Positions 36,819 through 48,507 of a stretch of DNA of 64,000 bases are shown piece after piece; the stretch's first letter is position 1, and each line of letters starts with the position of its first letter. The position numbers were made by a program, and so were the translations under genes. The stretch comes from an uncultured Rubrivivax sp. (lineage in GTDB: Bacteria > Pseudomonadota > Gammaproteobacteria > Burkholderiales > Burkholderiaceae_C), in contig CAXTHW010000010.1 of NCBI GenBank assembly GCA_964244245.1, forward strand, positions 52,764 to 116,763, written 5' to 3'. The notes beneath the pieces are model-generated. The model was not told the origin of the DNA. It was given only the letters and a program-made list of their open reading frames with translations, and searched no databases.

Positions 36819-37808
36819 TCAGTCGAGCTTGGCGCCGGAGTTCTTCACCACCTCGGCCCAGCGCTTGACCTCGGCGCCGACGAAGCGGCCGAAGGCGTCG
36901 CCCCACAGGTTGGGCGTCTCGGCGCCCAGGCCGTTCCAGGCGCTGTGCAACTCGTCGGCGTTCAGCGCCTTGCGCATCTCGGCGGTCATCTTGTCCACGA
37001 TGTCCTTCGGCGTGCCCTTGGGCGCGAAGATGCCGTACCAGGTGGCGACGTCGTAGCCGGGCAGCCCCGCTTCGCGCGCGGTGGGCACGTCGCCGAAGCC
37101 GGGCGCGCGCTTGTCGCTGGCCACCGCCAGCGCGCGCAGCCGCCCGCCCTTGATGTGGTTGGCAGACGAGCCCAACCCGTCGAACATCAGGTCCACCTGG
37201 CCGGCGATCAAGTCCTGCAATGCCGGCCCGGCGCCGCGGTAGGGAATGTGGGTGATGAAGGTCTTGGTCTGGAGCTTGAACAGCTCGCCCGCCAGGTGGT
37301 GCGACGTGCCGTTGCCGGCCGAGCCGTAGTTCAGCTTGCCCGGGCTCTTGCGCAGCAGGGCCAGCAGCTCGGCCAGCGTGGCGGCGGGCACGCGCTGCGG
37401 GTTGACCACCACCACCTGCGGCACGCTGGACACCAGGCCCACGGGCACGAAGTCGGTCTCGATGTTGTAGTCGAGCTTGGGGTACATGCTGGGCGCGATG
37501 GAGTGGTGCACCGCGCCCATGAACATGGTGTAGCCGTCGGGCGCCGCCTTGGCCGCGATGCCGGCGCCCAGCGTGCCACCGGCGCCGCCCTTGTTGTCGA
37601 TGACGAACTGGCGGCCCAGGTTTCTGGTCATCATCGCGAACAGCGGCCGCGCAAAAGCGTCGGTGCCGCCGCCTGGCGGGAAGGGCACCACCACGGTCAC
37701 CGGCTTGGCGGGCCAGCCGGCGGCCTGCGCACGCACCCAGGGGCTGGTCAGCGTGGCGGCAGCGGCGGTGCCGGCCATCAGCAGCCGGCGGCGTCGAATC
37801 TGTTGCAT
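36819..37808 (-). CDS. Tripartite tricarboxylate transporter receptor (Bug/TctC family) with Tat-like signal
   Basis: VPFPPGGGTD, GAGGTLG, HIPYRG, RRRRLL leader. Confidence 0.93.
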   Translation of the reverse strand: MQQIRRRRLLMAGTAAAATLTSPWVRAQAAGWPAKPVTVVVPFPPGGGTDAFARPLFAMMTRNLGRQFVIDNKGGAGGTLGAGIAAKAAPDGYTMFMGAVHHSIAPSMYPKLDYNIETDFVPVGLVSSVPQVVVVNPQRVPAATLAELLALLRKSPGKLNYGSAGNGTSHHLAGELFKLQTKTFITHIPYRGAGPALQDLIAGQVDLMFDGLGSSANHIKGGRLRALAVASDKRAPGFGDVPTAREAGLPGYDVATWYGIFAPKGTPKDIVDKMTAEMRKALNADELHSAWNGLGAETPNLWGDAFGRFVGAEVKRWAEVVKNSGAKLD

Positions 37809-37827
37809 AGCGTTGTCTCCATCGTTG

Positions 37828-39135
37828 TCAGAGCAGTGCGGCCACGGCGCGTGACCGCGCCACGCCGCCTTCGCGGAACTGGGTGTGGCTGGCCTCGATG
37901 CGGTCGAGGTCGTAGAGGTAGTTCACCATCATGCCGAAGGATTGGCGCAAGCCCGCGGCCGACAGGTTGCCGCTCGGGTTGAGGCGCTCCAGCCGCGCGC
38001 CGTTGTCGAGGTGGAAGCGCGCCACCGGGTCGCCGTCGGCGCTGGGCGACACCAGGCCCAGGTAGGCCGCGGCCAGCGTCAGCAGGGCGCCGCGCGCCGC
38101 GTCGTCCAGCCTGTCGTGCAGCGCAGCGCCTTGCAGCGCACCGATGTCGCCGCCGCTGGCGCGCTGCAGTGTGGCCAGCGCGGCTTGCAGCTTGGCGGCG
38201 CCCCGCTTGCCGGCGCCGGGCAGCGCCGCCACGTCGGGCGCGCTGCACAGCCAGGCGGCAAAGCGCGGCATCGGCGACAGCGTGCAAAAGGTCTTCAGCC
38301 GCGGCAGCTCGCGCTGCAACTGCTCGGCCACCTGCTTGATCAGGAAGTTGCCCAGCGACACGCCGCGCAGCCCCGGCTCGCAATTGCTGATGCTGTAGAA
38401 GGCCGCCACCCGAAAGCGCTCGGGTGGCAGCGGCGTGGCGGCCTTGTCGATGAGCGGTGCAATGGCCGCCGGCATCTCGGGCAGCAAAGCCACCTCGACG
38501 AAGATCAGCGGCTCGTCGGGCAGTTGCGGGTGGAAGAAGGCGAAGCAGCGGCGGTCGGGCTGCAGGCGGCGGCGCAGGTCGTCCCAGCCGTCGATCTGGT
38601 GCACCGCTTCGTGCTGGATGATCTTTTCCAGCAGTTGCGCTGGCGAGTTCCAGTCCACCCGCTTCATCTGAAGAAAGCCCGGGTTGAACCAGGACGACAG
38701 CAGGTGCAGCAAGTCGGATTCCAGCGCCGCCAGGTCGGGCCGCGCGGGCAGCCGGTGCAGCAGCGCGCGGCGCAGGCGCAGCACCGCCGCAGTGCCGCCG
38801 GGCGTGCGGTTCAGCCGGCGCAGCAGCTCCTGGCGCGGCGGCTCGGCGGCCTGCGTCAGCGCAATCAGCGCAGCCGCGCCGGGCTGCTGCGCATAGGCCT
38901 GGGCGCAGCGCAGCACGCCCTGGGGGTCGGGGCTGAGGTCGCGCGCCAGGTAGTCGAAGAAGCCGTCGAGCTGCGCGTCGGCCAGCGTGTCCAGGCGCTC
39001 GATCAGCGCGCGCGCGACAGGGGTGCCGTTCATCTCGCCGCGGCCGGAAAGCAGCCGCTTGCTGCCCAGCACCATGGCCGCCAGCGCCCGCTGGCCGCGC
39101 TGGCGCGCAGCGGCTTCGCGCAGTTCATCCAGCAT
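37828..39135 (-). CDS. matA: Malonyl-CoA decarboxylase
   Basis: LSSWFN, YEAVH-like HEAVH, FYSISNC..GL.GVSLGNFLIKQV, DPVARFHLDNGA, MVNYLY. Confidence 0.93.
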   Translation of the reverse strand: MLDELREAAARQRGQRALAAMVLGSKRLLSGRGEMNGTPVARALIERLDTLADAQLDGFFDYLARDLSPDPQGVLRCAQAYAQQPGAAALIALTQAAEPPRQELLRRLNRTPGGTAAVLRLRRALLHRLPARPDLAALESDLLHLLSSWFNPGFLQMKRVDWNSPAQLLEKIIQHEAVHQIDGWDDLRRRLQPDRRCFAFFHPQLPDEPLIFVEVALLPEMPAAIAPLIDKAATPLPPERFRVAAFYSISNCEPGLRGVSLGNFLIKQVAEQLQRELPRLKTFCTLSPMPRFAAWLCSAPDVAALPGAGKRGAAKLQAALATLQRASGGDIGALQGAALHDRLDDAARGALLTLAAAYLGLVSPSADGDPVARFHLDNGARLERLNPSGNLSAAGLRQSFGMMVNYLYDLDRIEASHTQFREGGVARSRAVAALL

Positions 39136-39826
39136 GGACTGCCTTTGCCTTGGACGCCACCCGCGATTCGGCCTTGCGCAGCTTCTTCAGCGCCACCAGT
39201 TGCGCCAGCAGATGGTCATGCATCGTGCGCTCGGCGCGCTCTGCGTCGCGCTGCTCGAAGGCGTCGATGAGCACCCGGTGCTCGTTCAGCGATGCGGCCA
39301 TGCGCCCGGGCAATGCAAGCTGGCGCCCGCGCATCAGCCGCATGAAGCGGCGCAGGTCGCCGGTGGCGCGGTCCAGCCAGCGGTTGCCGGCCAGCGCCTG
39401 CACCTGCGTGTGGAAGGCGTGGTTGACGCGGTAGTAGCCGTCGATGTCCTGCGCCGCGGCGTGGCGCTCCAGGTCGTCGTGCAGGCGGCGCAGTTGGCGC
39501 AGGTCGTCGTCACCGGCCTTGTTGACGGCCTCCAGCGCACAGCGGCCTTCGAGAAGCGCCATCACGGGGAACAGCGCGTCGGCGTCTTCGGTGCTGAGTT
39601 CGATGACGCGGCAGCCGCGGTGCGGCACCAGCTCCACCAGGCCTTCGGCCACCAGCACCTTCAGCGCCTCACGCAGCGGCGTGCGGCTGACCTGCCATTG
39701 CGCGGCAAGCGCCTTCTCGTCGATCCACTGGCCGGGCACGAGCTGGTTGTCGAACAGCATCGTGCGCAGCCGGGTGGCAACGCCGTCGTGCAGCGAGGTG
39801 CCGCGCAGGGGGATGGGGTCTGGCAT
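39125..39826 (-). CDS. GntR (FCD) family regulator, MatR-like
   Basis: VSRTPLREAL..L..EGLV helix-turn-helix; FCD NHAFH and EHRVL; heads the mat operon. Confidence 0.92.
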   Translation of the reverse strand: MPDPIPLRGTSLHDGVATRLRTMLFDNQLVPGQWIDEKALAAQWQVSRTPLREALKVLVAEGLVELVPHRGCRVIELSTEDADALFPVMALLEGRCALEAVNKAGDDDLRQLRRLHDDLERHAAAQDIDGYYRVNHAFHTQVQALAGNRWLDRATGDLRRFMRLMRGRQLALPGRMAASLNEHRVLIDAFEQRDAERAERTMHDHLLAQLVALKKLRKAESRVASKAKAVHAG

Positions 39827-39846
39827 GGTGGGTTGCTTCTGCGCCG

Positions 39847-39861
39847 CATAATTCCATAATT
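39847..39861. promoter_or_regulatory. CATAATT direct repeat, candidate GntR operator/-10 region in the divergent promoter
   Basis: CATAATT-C-CATAATT, AT-rich island in 70% GC context. Confidence 0.5.
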
Positions 39862-39928
39862 ACGGCGGCATTGCAAGCGGGTTGGCACCGGCCTGGTCCG
39901 GCGGGCCGCGGCGCTACATTGCAGCGTC

Positions 39929-41482
<1,554 letters not shown>

Positions 41483-41490
41483 GCACCGTC

Positions 41491-41533
41491 TGCTTTTCAG
41501 GCAGACCGCGGACACCGACGTGCCTGAAAAACA
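41491..41533. promoter_or_regulatory. Inverted repeat, candidate upstream activator sequence
   Basis: TTTTCAGGCA (41494-41503) / TGCCTGAAAA (41521-41530), perfect 10 bp, about 95-130 bp upstream of the -24 box. Confidence 0.55.
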
Positions 41534-41622
41534 TGCAATGCGTGCGCCGACCTGCCGGAACATCAGACGAACACAGGTCCTGATCAGGCGAAATTCGAGG
41601 GTTTGCACTGATTCGGTGCACA

Positions 41623-41638
41623 CGGCACGGCCCTTGCA
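41623..41638 (+). promoter_or_regulatory. Sigma54 -24/-12 promoter
   Basis: CGGCACGGCCCTTGCA; GG at 41624-25 and GC at 41636-37 with canonical spacing. Confidence 0.85.
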
Positions 41639-41675
41639 CTCCGTCTCCCCACATTCCATCGTCGGAGACCGCCCC

Positions 41676-42863
41676 ATGCAGCGTCGTTTGTTGCCCCTCG
41701 CCCTGGCCCTTGCCGCGCTCGCACCGGCGGCCTTCGCCCAGGCCGCCAAGGAAGTGAAGATCGCCCTCATCACCGGCAAGACCGGCCCGCTGGAGGCTTA
41801 TGCCAAGCAGACCATCACCGGCTTCATGATGGGCCTGGACTACGCCACGCAGGGGACGATGACGGTGGCCGGCAAGAAGCTGGTGGTGATCGAGAAAGAC
41901 GACCAGGGCAAGCCCGACCTGGGCAAGAACCTGCTCGCCGCTGCCTATGGCGACGACAAGGTCGATATCGCCGTCGGCACCACTGGCTCGGGTGTGGCGC
42001 TGGCGATGCTGCCGGTGGCCGAGGAGTACAAGAAGATTCTGCTCGTGGAGCCCGCGGTGGCAGACGCCATCACCGGCGACAAGTGGAACAAGTACATCTT
42101 CCGCACCGGCCGCAACAGCAGCCAGGACGCCATCTCCAACGCCGTCGCCTTCGACCAGGAGGGCCTGAACATCGCCATGCTGGCGCAGGACTACGCCTTC
42201 GGCCGTGACGGCGTCAAGGCCTTCAAGGACGCCATCAAGAAGGCGAAGATCGTGCATGAGGAGTACGTGCCGCAGAACTCCACCGACATCACCGCCGCAG
42301 CGCAGCGCATCTTCGACAAGCTCAAGGGCCTGCCCGGCACGAAGGTGGTGGGCATCGTCTGGGCCGGCAACATCGCCGTGCCGTTCAAGATGCTCGACCT
42401 GGAGCCGCAGCGCTACGGCATCACGCTGGCCACCGGCGGCAACATCCTGCCGGCGATGGTGCAGTACAAGCGCGTGCCAGGGATGGAAGGCGCCACCTAC
42501 TACTACTTCGGCATCCCGAAGAACGCGGTCAACGAATGGCTGGTGGCCAACCACTACAGCCGGTTCAAGACGCCGCCCGACTTCTTCACCGCAGGCGGCA
42601 TGAGCGCGGCCATCGCGGTGGTCGAGGCGCTGAAGAAGACCAAGGGCGACACCAACACCGACAAGCTCATCGCCACGATGGAAGGCATGAGCTTCGAGAC
42701 GCCCAAGGGCAAGATGACCTTCCGCAAGGAAGACCACCAGGCCATGCAGTCGATGTACCACTTCCGGATCAAGAACGACCCGGCCTTCGACTGGGGCGTG
42801 CCGGAGCTGGTGCGCGAGATCAAGCCCGAAGAGATGGCGATTCCGATCAAGAACAAGCGCTGA
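41676..42863 (+). CDS. ABC transporter substrate-binding protein (Liv/HAAT family)
   Basis: Signal peptide, KDDQGKPD, QDYAFGRDG; RBS GGAGA. Confidence 0.93.
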   Translation: MQRRLLPLALALAALAPAAFAQAAKEVKIALITGKTGPLEAYAKQTITGFMMGLDYATQGTMTVAGKKLVVIEKDDQGKPDLGKNLLAAAYGDDKVDIAVGTTGSGVALAMLPVAEEYKKILLVEPAVADAITGDKWNKYIFRTGRNSSQDAISNAVAFDQEGLNIAMLAQDYAFGRDGVKAFKDAIKKAKIVHEEYVPQNSTDITAAAQRIFDKLKGLPGTKVVGIVWAGNIAVPFKMLDLEPQRYGITLATGGNILPAMVQYKRVPGMEGATYYYFGIPKNAVNEWLVANHYSRFKTPPDFFTAGGMSAAIAVVEALKKTKGDTNTDKLIATMEGMSFETPKGKMTFRKEDHQAMQSMYHFRIKNDPAFDWGVPELVREIKPEEMAIPIKNKR

Positions 42864-42877
42864 CCTGCGGCGCTGCC

Positions 42878-43645
42878 ATGCTCGAAACCCGTGGCCTCAC
42901 GGTCCGCTTCGGCGGGCACGTGGCGGTGGACCATGTCTCGTGCCGCTTCGATGCCGGCACGCTGACGGCCATCGTCGGCCCCAACGGTGCCGGCAAGACG
43001 ACCTACTTCAACCTGATCTCGGGCCAGTTGGCCGCCAGCGAAGGCAGCGTGCTGCTGGACGGTGACGACATCTCCGCGCTGCCCGCGCCGCTGCGCACCC
43101 GGCGCGGCCTGGGCCGGGCCTTCCAGCTCACGCAGCTCTTTCCCAACCTCAGCGTGCTTGAGAACGTGCGGCTGGCGGTGCAGGCGCGCGAGCAGGGCCG
43201 CGGCAACGCGGGGCTGGACCTGTTGCGCGTCTGGCTGGACCGCAAGGCCTGGATCGACGAGGCTGCCGGGCTGCTGGCCACCGTGCGGCTGGCCGACAGG
43301 CAGGCGGCCACGGCGGCCAGCCTGCCGCATGGCGACCAGCGCAAGCTGGAAGTGGCGCTGCTGATGGCGCTGGACCCCAAGGTCTATCTGTTCGACGAGC
43401 CCACCGCCGGCATGAGCGTCGATGAGGTGCCGGTGGTGCTGGACCTGATCCGTGCCCTGAAGGCCCGCAAAGACCGCACCATCCTGCTGGTCGAGCACAA
43501 GATGGACGTGGTGCGCGAGCTGTCCGACCGCATCGTGGTGCTGCACAACGGGCAGTTGGTCGCCGACGGCGCGCCCGCGGCGGTGATTGCGATGCCGGTG
43601 GTGCAGCAGGCGTATCTGGGGATGGCCGCGGAGCCCGCGGCATGA
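42878..43645 (+). CDS. ABC ATP-binding protein (LivG-like)
   Basis: GPNGAGKTT, LPHGDQRKLE, DEPTAG. Confidence 0.95.
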   Translation: MLETRGLTVRFGGHVAVDHVSCRFDAGTLTAIVGPNGAGKTTYFNLISGQLAASEGSVLLDGDDISALPAPLRTRRGLGRAFQLTQLFPNLSVLENVRLAVQAREQGRGNAGLDLLRVWLDRKAWIDEAAGLLATVRLADRQAATAASLPHGDQRKLEVALLMALDPKVYLFDEPTAGMSVDEVPVVLDLIRALKARKDRTILLVEHKMDVVRELSDRIVVLHNGQLVADGAPAAVIAMPVVQQAYLGMAAEPAA

Positions 43646-44373
43646 ACCTGCTCGAACTCAAAGCCGTGCAGACGCACATCGGCGCCTACCACATCCTGCA
43701 TGGCGTCGATCTGGCGGTGCCTGAAGGCCAGGTCACCATGCTGCTGGGCCGCAACGGCGCCGGCAAGACCACCACGCTGCGCACGGTGATGGGGCTGTGG
43801 GCAGCGTCGGCCGGCAGCATCAGCTTCCAGGGCCGGCCCATCGCCGGCAGGCCGACGCCGGACATCGCGGCGGCCGGCATCGCCTACGTGCCCGAGAGCA
43901 TGGGCATCTTCGGCGACCTCACGGTGCAGGAGAACATGCTGCTCGCGGCGCGCAGTGCGGCGCGGGCCGGTGCGCTCGACACGGCCCGGCTGGAGTGGAT
44001 CTTCGGCTTCTTCCCGGCGCTCAAGACCTTCTGGCTGCACCCGGCCGGCAAGCTCAGCGGCGGCCAGAAGCAGATGCTGGCGGTGGCCCGCGCCATCGTC
44101 GAGCCGCGTGCGCTGATCCTGATCGACGAGCCCAGCAAGGGCCTGGCGCCGGCCATCGTGAACAACCTCATCGCCTGCCTGCGCGAGCTGAAGGCGGAGC
44201 GCACCACGCTGCTGCTGGTGGAGCAGAACTTCGCGATGGCGCGGGCGCTGGGCGACACGGTGGCGGTGATGGACAGCGGCCGCGTGGTGCACAGTGGCAC
44301 GATGGCCGCGCTGGCCGCCGATGAAGGGTTGCAGCAGCGGCTGCTGGGCCTGTCGCTGGGGGCGCACCAGTGA
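43642..44373 (+). CDS. ABC ATP-binding protein (LivF-like)
   Basis: GRNGAGKTT, LSGGQKQML, DEPSKGL. Confidence 0.95.
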   Translation: MNLLELKAVQTHIGAYHILHGVDLAVPEGQVTMLLGRNGAGKTTTLRTVMGLWAASAGSISFQGRPIAGRPTPDIAAAGIAYVPESMGIFGDLTVQENMLLAARSAARAGALDTARLEWIFGFFPALKTFWLHPAGKLSGGQKQMLAVARAIVEPRALILIDEPSKGLAPAIVNNLIACLRELKAERTTLLLVEQNFAMARALGDTVAVMDSGRVVHSGTMAALAADEGLQQRLLGLSLGAHQ

Positions 44374-45353
44374 GGCCGCGCTGGCCCGCGTTGCAACCGC
44401 TGGCGCTGCTGCTGGCCCTGGTGCTGCTGGCGTTGCCGCTGGTGGGCACGCCGTCCACCTGGCTCACGCTCACGGTGGCGGGCCTGGCGATGGGGCTGAT
44501 CGTCTTCGTCATCACGTCGGGGCTGACGCTGATCTTCGGGCTGATGGACGTGTTGAACTTCGGCCACGGCGTGTTCATCGCGATGGGCGCTTTCGTCGCC
44601 ACCAGCGTGATGGGCGGCATGTCGGTGTGGAGCAATGCGCCGTCGCTGCTGCTCAACCTCGGGGCCATCTTCGCCGCGATGCTGGCCGCGATGGCGGTGG
44701 CAGGCGCCTTGGGCTTCGCATTCGAGCGCGTGATCGTGCGGCCCGTCTATGGCCAGCACCTGAAGCAGATCCTCATCACGATGGGCGGCATGATCGTCGG
44801 CGAAGAGGTGATCAAGGTCATCTGGGGGCCGCTCCAGATTCCGCTGCCGCTGCCGCAGACGCTGCGCGGCTCCTTCGTGATCGGCGATGCGGTGGTCGAG
44901 AAGTACCGCGTGCTGGCAGTGCTGATCGGGCTGCTGGTCTTGGCGGCGCTGCTCTTCACGCTCAACCGCACCAAGCTTGGCCTGTTGATCCGTGCCGGCG
45001 TGCAGGACCGCGAGATGGTCGAAAGCCTGGGCTACCGCATCCGGCGGCTCTTCGTCGGCGTCTTCGTTGCCGGCTCGGCGCTGGCCGGGCTGGGCGGCGT
45101 GCTGTGGGGCCTGTACCAGCAGAGCGTGACGCCGCAGATCGGCGCGCAGGTCAACGTGCTGATCTTCATCGTCATCATCATCGGCGGGCTGGGCAGCACA
45201 CTGGGCTGCTTCGTCGGCGCGCTGCTCGTGGGGCTGATGGCCAACTACACCGGCTTCCTGGCGCCCAAGGTGGCGCTGTTCTCGAACATCGGGCTGATGG
45301 TGGCCATCCTGCTGTGGCGCCCGCAGGGCCTGTACCCCGTCACCAACCGATGA
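44370..45353 (+). CDS. ABC permease (LivH-like)
   Basis: SGLTLIFGLMDVLNFGHG, IIIGGLGS, RPQGL. Confidence 0.93.
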   Translation: MRPRWPALQPLALLLALVLLALPLVGTPSTWLTLTVAGLAMGLIVFVITSGLTLIFGLMDVLNFGHGVFIAMGAFVATSVMGGMSVWSNAPSLLLNLGAIFAAMLAAMAVAGALGFAFERVIVRPVYGQHLKQILITMGGMIVGEEVIKVIWGPLQIPLPLPQTLRGSFVIGDAVVEKYRVLAVLIGLLVLAALLFTLNRTKLGLLIRAGVQDREMVESLGYRIRRLFVGVFVAGSALAGLGGVLWGLYQQSVTPQIGAQVNVLIFIVIIIGGLGSTLGCFVGALLVGLMANYTGFLAPKVALFSNIGLMVAILLWRPQGLYPVTNR

Positions 45354-45357
45354 CGCG

Positions 45358-46413
45358 ATGCTGAACCGCATTCTTTCGCACGACCTGCCGCGCAGCCGCT
45401 GGCTGGCGGCTGCGCTGCTCGTCGTCGTCGTCTGCCTGGCCGCTGCGCCCTGGCTGTTCCCCGGCAGCAAGGCGCTGGGCGTGGCGGCCAAGATGCTGGT
45501 CTTCATCCTGCTCGTCGCCAGCTACGACCTGCTGCTGGGCTACACCGGCATCGTCAGCTTCGCGCACACGATGTTCTTCGGCATCGGCGCCTATGGCGTG
45601 GCCATCGCCAGCACGCAGATGGGCGAGGGTTGGATGGCGGTGGCCGCGGGGCTGCTGGCGGCGCTGGCCGTCTCGCTGGTCCTCGCGCTGCTGATCGGCC
45701 TGTTCAGCCTGCGCGTGAAGGCGATCTTCTTCGCGATGATCACGCTGGCCGTGGCGGCGGCATTCCAGACGCTGGCTTCGCAGTTGTCCGACGTCACCGG
45801 CGGCGAAGACGGGCTCACCTTCCGCAACCCCGCGTGGCTGTCGCCCGCCTTCGAGCATGGCCGGCTGCTCAGCTATGGCCTGCTGTTCGTGACGGTGGCG
45901 CTGCTCTTCCTGGTGCTGCTGCGCATCGTCAACTCGCCTTTCGGCCGCGTGCTGCAGGCCATCCGCGAGAACGACTTCCGCGCCGAGGCCATCGGCTTTC
46001 GCACGGTGGTCTATCGCACGTTGAGCAACGTGCTGTCGGCCGGCTTTGCCACCGTTGCAGGCGCGCTTCTCGCGCTGTGGCTGCGCTACACCGGGCCCGA
46101 CACCACGCTGAGCTTCGAGGTGATGCTGGACATTCTGCTCATCGTCGTGATCGGCGGCATGGGCACGATGTACGGCGCGGTGGTGGGCGCGGCGCTCTTC
46201 GTCATCGCGCAGAACTATCTGCAAGACGCGCTCAAGGCGGCCAGCGGCGCGCTCGACGGCGTGCCCATGCTCGGTGCGCTGGCCGCCGTCTTCACGCCCG
46301 ACCGCTGGCTGCTCTGGCTGGGCGTGCTCTTCGTTCTTTCGGTCTATCACTTCCCCACGGGCGTGGTGGGCAAGCTGCGTTCGATCCAACACGACAGGAG
46401 ACAGAGATGCTGA
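45358..46413 (+). CDS. ABC permease (LivM-like)
   Basis: LLLGYTGIVSFAH, TGGEDG, AIREN, FPTGVVG. Confidence 0.93.
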   Translation: MLNRILSHDLPRSRWLAAALLVVVVCLAAAPWLFPGSKALGVAAKMLVFILLVASYDLLLGYTGIVSFAHTMFFGIGAYGVAIASTQMGEGWMAVAAGLLAALAVSLVLALLIGLFSLRVKAIFFAMITLAVAAAFQTLASQLSDVTGGEDGLTFRNPAWLSPAFEHGRLLSYGLLFVTVALLFLVLLRIVNSPFGRVLQAIRENDFRAEAIGFRTVVYRTLSNVLSAGFATVAGALLALWLRYTGPDTTLSFEVMLDILLIVVIGGMGTMYGAVVGAALFVIAQNYLQDALKAASGALDGVPMLGALAAVFTPDRWLLWLGVLFVLSVYHFPTGVVGKLRSIQHDRRQRC

Positions 46414-48506
46414 AGACACTGCATGCAAGCCTGGCCGCGGCATTGGCGCTGCTGGGTGCCGGCTGCAACAGCGACGGCGAGCCCTTCGACCTGAGCGAGA
46501 AGCCCGCCTATGTGGGCGACGTCAAGACCACCAGCTACGACGGCGTCAGCGACGACCTGCTCACCGCCGGCCTGGGCAAGAGCGGCCTGGCTTCCGCCGT
46601 GCCGCCCACCACGTCGGCCACGCCCACGGCGGCGGAGCTGCGCCGGCTCGCCATCTACAACAACTACCGCGCCCTGCTGGACATGACGGCGGCAGGCGGG
46701 TACGGCGTCTTCTACGGTCCCAATGTCGATGCAGCAGGCGTGGCCGGCAGCGGCGAAGGCAAGGTCGCCGGCACCGAGGTCATCGCCTACAGCGACGACG
46801 GCAGCGGCCAGCGCAACGTCACGCTGATGGTGCAGATCCCGGCCAGTTTCAACCCGCAGGCCGCCTGCATCATCACCGCCACCGCGTCGGGATCGCGCGG
46901 CGTCTATGGCGCCATCTCCACCGGCGAATGGGGACTCAAGCGCGGCTGCGCGGTGGCCTACACCGACAAGGGCACCGGCAGCGCGCCGCACGACCTGGCG
47001 GCCGACACGGTGCCGCTCATCGACGGCACCCGCGGCAGCGCGGCCGCGGCCGGCAAGGCAGCGCAGTTCCGCGCGCCGCTGACGGCCGCCGAGCTGGCTG
47101 CCTTCAACGCCGCCACGCCCTACCGCTTCGCCTTCAAGCACGCCCACTCGCAACGCAACCCCGAGAAAGACTGGGGCCGCTTCACGCTGCAGGCGGTGGA
47201 GTTTGCGTTCTGGGCACTGAACGAGCGCTATTCGCCCACCATCAACAGCGGTGCGCGCGAGGGCTTGATCAACCCTGGGAACACCATCGTCATCGCGTCC
47301 AGCGTCTCCAACGGCGGCGGCGCTGCCATCGCAGCGGCAGAACTCGACAGCACCGGCCTCATCGACGGCGTGGCCGTCGGCGAGCCCGCCATCGAGATGC
47401 CGGCCACGCCAGCCGTCCATGTGCAGCGCGGCGGCGTGGAGCAGACGACGGTGGCCAAGACGCTGTTCGACTACACGAGCTACGCCGACCTGTTCCAGAG
47501 CTGCGCGGCACTCTCGCCGCAGGTGACCACATCGCCAGGCGTGGCCTTCGTCGTGCCCAGCTTCCCGGCCAACCGCTGCGCATCACTGAAGGCCAAGGGC
47601 CTGTTGACGGCCAGCGGCACGGCGGCGCTGGCCGACGAGGCGCTTGCCAAGCTGGCGGCCTACGGCTGGGAGCCCGAGTCGGCCGTGCTGCACGCATCAC
47701 TTGCCGCCTTCGAGGTGGCGCCCGCGGTGGCGGTGACCTTCGCCAACGCGCTGGCCCGCGCCAGCGTGAAAGACAACCTCTGCGGCTACAGCTTCGCCTC
47801 CACCACCAGCGCCGGCCTGCCCAATGCACTGGCCGCACCGCTGCTGGCCACGATGTTTGCCACCGGCAACGGCGTGCCGCCGTCGGTCGGCGTGCAGCTC
47901 ATCAACAACCTGAGCGTCGGCGCGCCCTACCGTGACTTGCTGTCGCTGTCGCCATCGACGCTGCTTCAGGACTTCAACATCGACGGCGCGCTGTGCCTGC
48001 GCAACCTTCTCAGCGGCAGCGACGCCGCGGCGAAAGCCTTGCAGACCGGCATCGACGAGACCCGTCGCAGCGGGCGGCTGAACGGCAAGCCGGCACTCAT
48101 CGTGCACGGCCGCAGCGATGCGCTGCTGCCCGTCAACCACACGTCGCGCCCCTACACGGCGCTGAGCCGCTCGGTCGATGGCTCGGCCAGCAAGCTGTCG
48201 TACATCGAGGTGGCGAACGCCCAGCACTTCGACGGCTTCATCGGGCTGCCGGCCGTGCTGCCCGGCTACGACAGCCGCTACGTGCCGCTGCACGTCTATC
48301 TCAACCGGGCGCTCGATGCGATGTATGCGCACCTGAAGAACGGCACCCCGCTGCCGCCCAGCCAGGTGGTGCGCACCGTGCCGCGTGGCGGCACGCCCGG
48401 GCTGGCGCCCGCGCTGACGGCCGCCAACATCCCGGCCATCGCAGCAACGCCGGCCGCAGGCGATGCGATCACCGTCGAAGGCAGCACCGTCAAAGTCCCC
48501 GACTGA
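46407..48506 (+). CDS. D-(-)-3-hydroxybutyrate oligomer hydrolase, probable lipoprotein
   Basis: Leader ending LGAGC; YDGVSDDLLTAGLG, SGSRGVYG, HAHSQRNPEKDWG, SVSNG nucleophile, HGRSDALLP, NAQHFD. Confidence 0.92.
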   Translation: MLKTLHASLAAALALLGAGCNSDGEPFDLSEKPAYVGDVKTTSYDGVSDDLLTAGLGKSGLASAVPPTTSATPTAAELRRLAIYNNYRALLDMTAAGGYGVFYGPNVDAAGVAGSGEGKVAGTEVIAYSDDGSGQRNVTLMVQIPASFNPQAACIITATASGSRGVYGAISTGEWGLKRGCAVAYTDKGTGSAPHDLAADTVPLIDGTRGSAAAAGKAAQFRAPLTAAELAAFNAATPYRFAFKHAHSQRNPEKDWGRFTLQAVEFAFWALNERYSPTINSGAREGLINPGNTIVIASSVSNGGGAAIAAAELDSTGLIDGVAVGEPAIEMPATPAVHVQRGGVEQTTVAKTLFDYTSYADLFQSCAALSPQVTTSPGVAFVVPSFPANRCASLKAKGLLTASGTAALADEALAKLAAYGWEPESAVLHASLAAFEVAPAVAVTFANALARASVKDNLCGYSFASTTSAGLPNALAAPLLATMFATGNGVPPSVGVQLINNLSVGAPYRDLLSLSPSTLLQDFNIDGALCLRNLLSGSDAAAKALQTGIDETRRSGRLNGKPALIVHGRSDALLPVNHTSRPYTALSRSVDGSASKLSYIEVANAQHFDGFIGLPAVLPGYDSRYVPLHVYLNRALDAMYAHLKNGTPLPPSQVVRTVPRGGTPGLAPALTAANIPAIAATPAAGDAITVEGSTVKVPD

Positions 48507-48507
48507 G

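Noticed and set aside
39882-39897. TTGGCAC upstream of the sigma54 activator as a possible -24 box
   Set aside because: The -12 position reads GT rather than GC (TGGT instead of TTGC)
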